Assembly (NCBI GenBank): GCA_964203415.1
Contig: CAXNME010000002.1
Span: forward strand, 31,961-63,960
Direction: 5' to 3'
DNA: 32,000 nt
Source of the DNA: Rhodoferax sp.
GTDB taxonomy: Bacteria > Pseudomonadota > Gammaproteobacteria > Burkholderiales > Burkholderiaceae_C
In this document: positions 9,709-17,172 of the stretch, in pieces
Layout: each line of letters starts with the position of its first letter
Numbering within the stretch: the stretch's first letter is position 1
Position numbers and translations under genes: made by a program
Notes under the pieces: model-generated
Told to the model about the DNA's origin: nothing
Databases searched by the model: none
The model's input: the letters and a program-made list of their open reading frames with translations, nothing else

Positions 9709-9784
9709 TGGTGGCCTGGGGCGGAATCGAACCACCGACACAAGGATTTTCAATCCTCTGCTCTACCGACTGAGCTACCGGGCC
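9709..9784 (-). tRNA. tRNA-Phe (anticodon GAA), 76 nt with encoded CCA
   Basis: The reverse complement is GGCCCGGTAGCTCAGTCGGTAGAGCAGAGGATTGAAAATCCTTGTGTCGGTGGTTCGATTCCGCCCCAGGCCACCA. It folds as a cloverleaf with D arm GCTC/GAGC, anticodon loop TTGAAAA and T arm GGTGG/CCGCC. Note the C5-A68 and G27-U43 non-Watson-Crick pairs. Confidence 0.95.
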
Positions 9785-9826
9785 AGAGGCGGGATTGTAA
9801 CTGGCAAAACCGCTGTTTCGGGTTCC
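9743..9826. repeat. Island direct repeat, left copy (part of intact tRNA-Phe plus upstream flank)
   Basis: 9751-9809 is identical to 21283-21341 (59 nt). Similarity extends to AGGATTTT (anticodon stem/loop). After an 8-nt indel it continues to TCGGGTTCC (9818-9826 = 21343-21351). Confidence 0.85.
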
Positions 9827-9957
9827 TGCTGTGAGCCACTGCGAGCCCCAGCGTTGCGCACCGTGGGCAGGCTACTTCACCGTGAGCGTGCTCCAGCAAT
9901 GCTCACCGCACACCGCCCGCACACCAAAACAGGGCTGGACATGGGGAGCGTGGCAGC

Positions 9958-11234
9958 GTGAAGCCCACCCAACTCAGCTACCCCACGCCTGACCAACTCA
10001 CGGCTGCACCCGCCACACCCCCCGCACTCGCAAGCACCAAGCTGATCGCCCAGCCACCCCGCAGCCAACTGCACCACCTGCGTGATGGCGCTGTGGTGCT
10101 CTACAAGCGCGAGCGCAGCAGCATTTGGCAGATGCGCTTCAAGCTGTATGACCATGTGTGGCACAGAGCCACCACCCGACACAGAGACCTGGGCTACGCC
10201 CGCCGTGCGGCTGGGGAGATCTACGACAGAGCCAAATTCAAGGAAGAACTGGGCATCCCGCAAACCACCCGCCGCTTTGGCGCTGCCGCAGCGCAGTGCC
10301 TCGTGCAACTGGAGGCTGAGATTGCGCAGGGCTTGCGCCCCATGACCAACAGGGACTACCAGCGGGTGATCCGCAAATACCTGGTGCCGTTCTTTGGCAA
10401 ATACAACCTCACCAGCATTGATGCCAAGCTGGTGCGGGAGTTTGAGATCTGGCGCAACCAGCAGATTGGACACATGCCCATCGCCAGCACACTGGCAACC
10501 CACTGCGCTGCCTACAACAGAGTGATTGAAGTGGCAGTTGAGCAGGGCTGGCACAGCGCCCAGTCCAATATCGCACGGCTCAGCAGGCGCGGTGCCAAAA
10601 GCCGCGCACGACCTGGCTTTACCACCGCAAGAGATTGACCAACTGCTGGCTTTCATGCCTGCTTGGTGCGAGGGTGGGCACAGACACACAGGTAGGCAGA
10701 TCAAGCTGTTGCTGCGGGACTATGTGGAACTGCTGCTCACCACAGGCATGCGCTGCGGCAAAGAAAGCATGAACATGCTGTGGCAGCACATTGAATGGCA
10801 CACGGATCAACGAGCAACGCTATCTGCGCATCTGGGTATCAGGCAAAACAGGCGGCAGGTGGTTGATTGCCAAACACAGAGCAGCGTCAGCACTGGAACG
10901 ACTGGCACAGCGCCAGCGCAGTGTGAGCATGAGCCTGCCAGACGCAATAGCGGCAAAGCTGCCCCAACGGGTATTCACCTTGGACGATGGCTCACAGCCC
11001 TATGGCTTGGCTGGCACTTTCCAGCGCATGTTGGCAGCGGCAGGACTCAGCCGAGACATGAGCACTGGGCAGCAACGAACCTTGTATAGCCTGCGGCACA
11101 CCTACGCTACGATAGAACTCATGTCAGGCACGGACATCCATACGCTGGCGCGGCAGATGGGCACCAGTGTGATCATGCTGGAGCGGCACTATTCCAAGCT
11201 CACCGCAACCATGGCGGCGCAGCAGTTGGCTTGA
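9958..11234 (+). pseudogene. Tyrosine (phage-type) integrase with two frameshifts
   Basis: Three overlapping ORFs (9958..10638, 10526..11089, 10791..11234) join into one ~425-aa integrase. The shifts lie near 10620-10630 (..RPGFT|PQEIDQLLAF..) and near 10806 (..IEWHT|INEQRYLRIWVSGKTGG..). The C-terminus carries LRHTYAT...GTSVIMLERHYSK (catalytic H-x-x-R and Tyr box). Confidence 0.85.
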
Positions 11235-11255
11235 GCGGGTGGGGGTGGCTCTTGG

Positions 11256-11274
11256 GTGTCGTGTTGAACGACAC
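11256..11274. repeat. Island palindrome copy H1: GTGTCGT-GTTGA-ACGACAC
   Basis: Perfect 7-bp arms, 21 nt after the integrase stop codon. Confidence 0.9.
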
Positions 11275-11444
11275 TCAAAAGCCGCGCCACGCATGGGCAC
11301 GGCTTTGGCGCTTACACGGCAACATTTAAAGAAGCAAGGCTAAGAACGAACATCAACGCCACTGGCAAGGCGCTGGGCTGGGGCGAGTGAAGATAATGTT
11401 GCACGCCGTCGGTAAAAAAACTCAACCAGATGGAGGGAACCTAA

Positions 11445-11648
11445 TCAATTTTTCTTTTTGAAAAAAGTCCTATAAATCAATGTCCCAACTGCATAAAGAG
11501 TGACCAATGAAAAAATCACGAGCACGATTATTTCTGTCTCTGTCAGTTGCTCCGGAAACATGGTGACATGTTCATAGGTAGTGATGAATGTATTGATTAC
11601 AGGATTTTCTTCCCTATATTTCAAGTATGCCGCTCCGCCATCCATCAT
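11445..11648 (-). CDS. Small hypothetical membrane protein (67 aa) in low-GC insert 1
   Basis: ORF with one C-terminal hydrophobic helix (IIVLVIFSLVTLYAVGTLIY) followed by a KKKN tail. It is AT-rich, unlike the host. I have no homology support. Confidence 0.35.
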   Translation of the reverse strand: MMDGGAAYLKYREENPVINTFITTYEHVTMFPEQLTETEIIVLVIFSLVTLYAVGTLIYRTFFKKKN

Positions 11649-11773
11649 TTACTCCTAAAAATACTTATTCATTACGCACCCTACTCGCTTTGCAAGTATC
11701 TACTCATCACTGGCGAAAAAATCCCTAAAGATTTTATGGTTGCTTCTTATTCCGCGGTGTAAGTCCCCAGCTC

Positions 11774-12007
11774 TACGGCTTGGCTGGCACTTCCCAGCGC
11801 ATGTTGGCAGCAGCAGGACTCAGCCGAGACATGAGCACTGGGCAGCAACGAACATTGTATAGCCTGCGACACACCTACGCTACGATGGAACTCATGTCAG
11901 GCACGGACATCCACACGCTGGCGCGGCAGATGGGCACCAGTGTGATCATGCTGGAGCGGCACTACAGCAAACTCACTGCCACCATGGCGGCGCAGCAGTT
12001 GGCTTGA
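11774..12007 (+). pseudogene. Orphan 3' fragment of a second, related integrase gene
   Basis: ~232 nt that are ~94-95% identical to 11003-11234. It encodes ...LYSLRHTYATMELMSGTDIHTLARQMGTSVIMLERHYSKLTATMAAQQLA, the same C-terminus as the full integrase. No upstream part of the gene is present. Confidence 0.85.
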
Positions 12008-12027
12008 ATGGGGGGTGGCGTTGTTGG

Positions 12028-12046
12028 GTGTCGTTTCACACGACAT
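12028..12046. repeat. Island palindrome copy H2: GTGTCGT-TTCAC-ACGACAT
   Basis: It sits at the same distance after the integrase-fragment stop as H1 does after the full gene. However, the 5-nt centre has the opposite polarity (TTCAC is the reverse complement of GTGAA), and there is one arm mismatch. Confidence 0.85.
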
Positions 12047-12411
12047 TTTATTGAAGGTGCCCACCGAAAGACCACCTTAGTTGTCGGTCGAGATCCAGTG
12101 TTGCACTTAGTGGTTGATCCGCCTTGTTAAAAATCGCCCTCAGCACCATTTTGACGCTGACAGAAAATACAGTCTCAAAGGTATGCACAATTAGACAACC
12201 ACCTTCAAAGTCACCGCTTCTTATTTAAACGAATCGTACTTATGGTTGGTATCTGAAAACCTTTCCGTTTCTCTCAAGACCAATCAATTCTCACGCGAGG
12301 AATATCTGAAGCAATCAAATTTTTGCAAGGTAGATAAGATGCTAACTACAATTTAAATTTAACAGCTTAATCAATTCAGTCATGATATGTAATCATCCAC
12401 TGATGTGAAAC

Positions 12412-13695
12412 TCAATGAATCATTGAAAACTCAACAAGATACACCGCGGCACCTGCAAAATAACCAACTAATGCTAAGCCACTAATGTTTTTGAGATACC
12501 AAACGAAGTCAATTTTTTCAAGACCCATTGCAGCAACACCAGCAGCAGAACCAATTATCAAAATAGATCCACCAGTTCCTGCGCAATAAGCCAAGAACTC
12601 CCAAATAAAGCTATCTGGCGGGTATTGTTCAAGGCTATACATGCCCATAGAAGCCGCGACTAGAGGAACGTTATCAACAATGGCACTCACTAAGCCAATA
12701 AGCATAACAATGGCATCCAGTCTCCCCACTGTAACATCGAGCCATTTAGCTACAGAACTTAATATATTAGTATGTTCTAAAGTTGCGACAGCAAGCAGGA
12801 TACCAATAAAGAAAACAATTGATGACATGTCAATGCGAGAAAGTGCATGAGACAAGTCCAAATGGTTCCGCGCTTCAAATGACTTATCTTTATGTAATAA
12901 ATCACCCACTAGCCAGAGCAGTCCTAAACCCAACAAAACCCCCATAAATGGGGGTAAATGTGTAAAAGTCTTAAAAGCAGGAACGGCAATAAGCACGCCC
13001 AAACCCAAGTAAAACATAATGTTGCGCTCACTCACAGTACTGGCAAAATGGTTATTACTGGCAACCTGCTGGGGAGGGACAACAGGCTTTGCCCGCAACA
13101 TCCAGCTGGTTATCAGAAGCGGGAAAGCTAGATTAACAAGGGATGGAAGAATTAAAGCCTTTACTATTTCTGTAGCGGTCACTTGACCGCCAATCCACAG
13201 CATGGTGGTTGTGACGTCACCAATAGGCGACCAAGCACCCCCCGCATTGGCCGCAATCACAATCATTCCTGCGAAAAACAAACGGTCATCACGCTTATCT
13301 AGCAGCTTTTTCATGAGTGATACCATAACAATCGCGGTTGTTAAGTTGTCAAGGATTGCACTCAAGAAAAATGTTACCACGCAAACAATCCACATAAGTG
13401 TGGCCAAGCTGGTGGTTTTGATTTTAGAAGTGACAACATCAAAGCCGTCGTGAGCATCGACAACTTCTACAATTGTCATTGCCCCCATCAAGAAAAATAC
13501 TATCTGTGCCGTACTGATGAGTGTCTCACCCAACTCCTCATTGAGTACATGCAGGTCTGGTGATGCAACCGCATAGATAGACCAAAGCAAACCCGCGCCT
13601 AGCAAAGCAGATGCCGATTTGTTTATCTTGATTGGATGTTCAAATGCGATTGCTGCATACGTAACAACAAAAACTATAATCAGTATTGTAGTCAT
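12412..13695 (-). CDS. nhaD: NhaD-type Na+/H+ antiporter (ArsB/NhaD permease superfamily)
   Basis: 427-aa polytopic protein. Motifs IAANAGGAWSPIGDVTTTMLWIGGQ and VDNVPLVAASMGMY resemble NhaD antiporters. The gene is AT-rich (low-GC insert 2) and intact. Confidence 0.8.
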   Translation of the reverse strand: MTTILIIVFVVTYAAIAFEHPIKINKSASALLGAGLLWSIYAVASPDLHVLNEELGETLISTAQIVFFLMGAMTIVEVVDAHDGFDVVTSKIKTTSLATLMWIVCVVTFFLSAILDNLTTAIVMVSLMKKLLDKRDDRLFFAGMIVIAANAGGAWSPIGDVTTTMLWIGGQVTATEIVKALILPSLVNLAFPLLITSWMLRAKPVVPPQQVASNNHFASTVSERNIMFYLGLGVLIAVPAFKTFTHLPPFMGVLLGLGLLWLVGDLLHKDKSFEARNHLDLSHALSRIDMSSIVFFIGILLAVATLEHTNILSSVAKWLDVTVGRLDAIVMLIGLVSAIVDNVPLVAASMGMYSLEQYPPDSFIWEFLAYCAGTGGSILIIGSAAGVAAMGLEKIDFVWYLKNISGLALVGYFAGAAVYLVEFSMIH

Positions 13696-13806
13696 TTTGG
13701 TGATGTAGATGTAGATGAAGCCTAGTCGGGTGACATTACTCTTTGTTATAATATAGCATAAATTTACATCAATGAAAAATCCCTGTGAGTCAAAAGGGCA
13801 TACACA

Positions 13807-14331
13807 ATGTCAATATCTGCTAAGTCAATTCGAGCTTTTTACGACCGTCAAGTAGGCTGGCGTAAAAAATTCTATCTTTATCTTTTTTGCGTTTATCTCC
13901 CAATTTGCGCAGTAATGTCTTTCGAGATGAAGATACCTCCTGTTGGTGGTCTGCTGATTGAAAACAATTTGAGATCAGCTCTCGATAAACAACACATCGC
14001 GACCGAAGTAAGCATCTATACAGATGTAGATATGGATTTACCAATCCAACAAACAGATACAACCTTAAAAGAAATGATAAAAGGTGATGACAAAAACAAA
14101 GTGATTGTTCTTGATACGATTGGAAAAAAATGGGTTTATTGGCTAGTCTTGGGTGACGGAGTAACAAATGAAACCCGTGATTACGTCATATCCACCGCAA
14201 CGGAGCAAATCAAAAGTACTTACCGTTTAGAATATTTAAAAGAGCTTTTTACTTACTTAATAGCATCCACTCTTCTGGCAATCATCGCTTATATATTTGG
14301 AGTATTTTTAGAAAATCTTGGTAAAAAATGA
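13807..14331 (+). CDS. Hypothetical membrane-anchored protein (174 aa)
   Basis: ORF in low-GC insert 2 with an N-terminal TM (FYLYLFCVYLPICAVM) and a C-terminal TM (LIASTLLAIIAYIFGVFL). I recognise no family. Confidence 0.45.
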   Translation: MSISAKSIRAFYDRQVGWRKKFYLYLFCVYLPICAVMSFEMKIPPVGGLLIENNLRSALDKQHIATEVSIYTDVDMDLPIQQTDTTLKEMIKGDDKNKVIVLDTIGKKWVYWLVLGDGVTNETRDYVISTATEQIKSTYRLEYLKELFTYLIASTLLAIIAYIFGVFLENLGKK

Positions 14332-14614
14332 ACGAATACTATAAATGCGTAATTCATAATAATTTTTTTAATTGCATGGAAAATATTTTGGTTTTATGTC
14401 CGAGACAATACGCTTGAATTGAGTCGCTTCACCCGCGCATTCAAATGCACGGCTTTTGCACTGCCTATGGGCACCACATTCAAGCGATGTCCTACGCATA
14501 GGAGGCTGCGTTAAAAGGAAAGGAAGCCGACGAGGATGACCTTAAGACGGAATAATCTTTATTACGACAACGCGAAATGAACCATTCGAATCATTAAATG
14601 GCTCACTCCTTTAA

Positions 14615-14633
14615 GTGTCGTGTGAAACTACAC
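14615..14633. repeat. Island palindrome copy H3: GTGTCGT-GTGAA-ACTACAC
   Basis: One arm mismatch (T at 14629). It is followed by a duplicate of the ATPase 3' end. Confidence 0.85.
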
Positions 14634-14716
14634 TGCCTTGGCTGGCACGCCGCACCCGAAGTGCCAATGTGATGACCGCGCTCTTGATCTGCCTTGCGCT
14701 GCTCATTGCACGGCGT
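14634..14716 (-). pseudogene. Orphan duplicate of the 3' end of the AAA+ ATPase gene
   Basis: TGCCTTGGCTGGCACGCCGCACCCGAAGTGCCAATGTGATGACCGCGCTCTTGATCTGCC... matches 15327-15408 with a few substitutions and a 2-nt indel. Confidence 0.7.
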
Positions 14717-14783
14717 GAGGAGGACTGGTGGGCGCTAACCCATTCTGAAATTTCGTTTTAAGCAGCTAGCGCGGCGTATAGAC

Positions 14784-14813
14784 GAAAAAAAACCCGCCGT
14801 TTTAAGGAGCGGG
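14784..14813 (-). terminator. Rho-independent terminator after the 101-aa gene
   Basis: The minus strand reads CCCGC-tccttaaaac-GGCGGG followed by TTTTTTTT, 8 nt after the stop at 14821. Confidence 0.65.
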
Positions 14814-14820
14814 AATTTTA

Positions 14821-15126
14821 TTATTGAATGCCACGCGCGAACTTTGATTTTCTGCTTACGGTCAAATACAGCTCGCTGTATTCGTAATGGCAGCCATACA
14901 TGGCAGCGAAAGTATTTCCGTGTTCGCTAACGACCTTGTGAATTCCTGCCAGACTTGAGATTTCTACGCGTATTATTTTTTCGAACATGTAAGTAGCCCG
15001 TCCTTCCTCTGCGTTAAAGCTGTAGCGCCCACCCAATTGTTTCGCAATGTTCTCCAGTGTCTTTGCACTGGCGTCTGCGAAAAACAAGTCAAAGCCGCGC
15101 ACCAAAGCCAATTCTTTCGAGTCCAT
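14821..15126 (-). CDS. Hypothetical protein (101 aa) in low-GC insert 3
   Basis: Intact AT-rich ORF with its own terminator. I recognise no family. Confidence 0.5.
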   Translation of the reverse strand: MDSKELALVRGFDLFFADASAKTLENIAKQLGGRYSFNAEEGRATYMFEKIIRVEISSLAGIHKVVSEHGNTFAAMYGCHYEYSELYLTVSRKSKFARGIQ

Positions 15127-15303
15127 ACAATTTCCTCTGTGTTATTTGACGCCAGCGATTGATGCCAATCGCTGGCTGTTGATATCAAGCCGTGTGATTG
15201 ACAGCGTGAGTCAGAAGACCAATCTGTCTCACGCCGTCAGCCATCTATTTCTTTGCCGCTGGTTCAGCTGCCACCTAAATGAACCCTCAAATGGTTCGCT
15301 GAT

Positions 15304-15997
15304 TTAGGTGTCGTGTGAAACGACACTGCCTTGACTGGCACGCCGCACCCGAAGTGCCAATGTGATAACCGCGCTCTTGATCTGCCGTGCGCTGCCATTG
15401 CACGGCGTGATCACCGCTGCCAGTTGTGCATCACTCACGCCACCCACACCCGCATGGGCAAGGATGCGCCGCGCCAGCGGCAACCAACGCTCTGCGGGTG
15501 CTGCGTTGAACGGGATGCAGTGGCAGCGATCCCGCACGCCAGATTCAATGGCAGTGAAGTCGTTGGTGGTCAGCACCCACGCCGTGCGCGCGTTGGTTCA
15601 TCACGGACTTCAGGATCGCCATGGCGTCCTTGTTCAGTTGATCCACCTCGTCCAACACGAAGTAACGATACTTGCCCTGCGGCATCAGAATGGCTGCGTT
15701 GGCTATATGAGTGACCATCTTCAAGCCATTGGCGCCTGGCTGCACCCGCACATACATCTCGCCAGCACTCATGCCCCCATCGCGCTGCCTCTATGGCATC
15801 AGGCAATAGTTTCGCCAACGCACTCTTGCCAGTGCCAGGGATGCCATACAGCAAGATGCCGCATTTGCCCTCAGTGATGGGAAATGGATGCTGACTCGTG
15901 ATCAGATCCTGAATGAAATCCCTTGTGCTGCTGCGCTGGAAAATGCAATGTCATCCAAGCACTTGGGACCAAAACGCTCCTCAAAATCGTCGAACAT
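15304..15997 (-). pseudogene. AAA+ ATPase (clamp-loader/RFC-like Walker A/B protein) with at least three frameshifts
   Basis: ATG at 15997 behind GAAGGAGAAC. The pieces in different frames are MFDDFEERFGPKCLDDI..., ..RSSTRDFIQDLITSQHPFPITEGKCGILLYGIPGTGKSALAKLLPDAIE (Walker A), ..KYRYFVLDEVDQLNKDAMAILKSVMN (Walker B), and ..LTTNDFTAIESGVRDRCHCIPF... The shifts are near 15940, 15795-15810 and 15580. Confidence 0.75.
15308..15326. repeat. Island palindrome copy H4: GTGTCGT-GTGAA-ACGACAC
   Basis: Perfect copy. It overlaps the last codons of the ATPase reading frame (..QGSVVSHDT*). Confidence 0.9.
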
Positions 15998-16062
15998 ATA
16001 GTTCTCCTTCAAATCAAGGTTGATCAAACAACGGGGCAGCGATGGCACTGCCCCGTGTGGCT

Positions 16063-16798
16063 TTAGGCTGGCACTGCTTCAGTAATCACCGCAGTGGCAG
16101 TGGCGGCTTGGATCGCAGCGTCCTTGCTGTCTGCTCTGCTGCTCTCCTGTGCCTGCGCTGCCTGTTGCTTGGCAGCATCACGCACCTCGCCGTGGTGGCT
16201 GGCAAGAGCCGCGTTCAGCGCAGTGGCGCTTTCCACCACTGCCTGCACCACCACAGAGCCGTCAGCCTGCCAAACGCCAATCAGCACCGTCTGTGTGCCA
16301 GCCTTGGCAACATCGTTGAACGAGCCGCTGAGTGCTGCGCTGCTGAACACGCCCATGTTCTTGTATGCCAGCACGCTGCTGGTCACCAGCGCCTTTTGTT
16401 TGGCGCTCATGGCGTTGGGTGCCTTGGCAAGGCGCACTTCCTCCACACCACCCGCGTCGCGGATGAACCGCGCCACATCCATGATGCCCACACCTTGTGC
16501 CAGCGCAGAGCGCAGCACGATGCTGTAGGCGCTCACGCGGCGGCGATCGCTGCCAAACACGCACTTGACGATGCGGGTCAAGGTGTGGGTGCTGGGCGGA
16601 GAACACATGCCCTTTGAGGCTGATGTAGGAGCGCAGCCCTTCGCGCAGCGCCTTTGCCTCTGCAGAGTCTTCGCACATGGCTTTGTAGAGCCCGTAGCAG
16701 CGTTGCAGCAAGCCATACAACTGCTCGTTGCTGGTGCGAAAGGCGTTTTCTTGCCAGACTTCACGCTCCAACACCAGTTGTTCGATGCTGGCGTGCAT
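16063..16798 (-). pseudogene. Hypothetical island protein (~245 aa) with a frameshift near 16597
   Basis: MHASIEQLVLEREVWQENAFRTSNEQLYGLLQRCYGLYKAMCEDSAEAKALREGLRSYISLKGHVFS (the frame of 16262..16798) continues as ..STHTLTRIVKCVFGSDRRRVSAYSIVLRSALAQGVGIMDVARFIRDAGGVEEV.. (the frame of 16063..16854). There is an extra C in a C-run. The true start may be the ATG at 16924 (see findings). Confidence 0.55.
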
Positions 16799-16835
16799 TG
16801 CCTTATGACCCTGGGCAAGGGTTTCGCCGTTTGGG

Positions 16836-16854
16836 GTGTCGTGTGAAACGACAC
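16836..16854. repeat. Island palindrome copy H5: GTGTCGT-GTGAA-ACGACAC
   Basis: Perfect copy (8-bp arms if the flanking G/C are included), 38 nt upstream of the ATG at 16798. Confidence 0.9.
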
Positions 16855-17172
16855 CTTGCTGCGGCGGGGTTGGTGGATGCCTCTGTGGATTGCAGGGCGG
16901 CGACGGGGCTGGCGATAGTTTGCATTTGATTTCTCCTTAAATGCAGGTTTAAAAAGACCGCATCTCTGCAGCCATCTTCACATCGCAAGTGCTTGTTTTT
17001 GCTTGCATTTTGTGTCGATGGATGGACTTTATCCATATCCTAATTACTTGTCGCTATCCACACAAATTGAAGATTATTTGTGGTAATGTTTATTGGTAAA
17101 TTACTTACTATCTGTAATCTCATTTATTCATTTGATTGCCATTTATCTTTTATTCGTGCTATCCTTTTTGGC

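Noticed and set aside
11003-12007. The integrase-end duplicate pair as a template/variable repeat pair of a diversity-generating retroelement
   Set aside because: There is no reverse transcriptase in the window. The ~13 differences are not adenine-specific and are mostly synonymous, which fits ordinary divergence of two integrase genes.
14440-14480. Possible hairpin-less junction inside insert 2. CGGCTTTTG|CACTGCCT resembles the reverse complement of the sequence right of H1 (CAAAAGCCG) joined to the sequence right of H3/H4 (CACTGCCTTGG)
   Set aside because: The matches are only 8-10 nt each and were found after extensive visual searching. That is too short to separate from chance without a statistical scan.
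15308-15326. Resemblance of the palindrome centre (GTGAAAC) to the parS consensus TGTTTCACGTGAAACA
   Set aside because: Only one 7-nt half is shared, the symmetry axis is different, and no ParB gene is present.
16803-17036. 77-aa minus-strand ORF upstream of the 16063-16798 gene
   Set aside because: Most of it crosses the AT-rich promoter region. Only its last 40 codons (from the ATG at 16924, which has a strong Shine-Dalgarno) look meaningful, and these are discussed as a possible true start of the downstream gene rather than as a separate gene.
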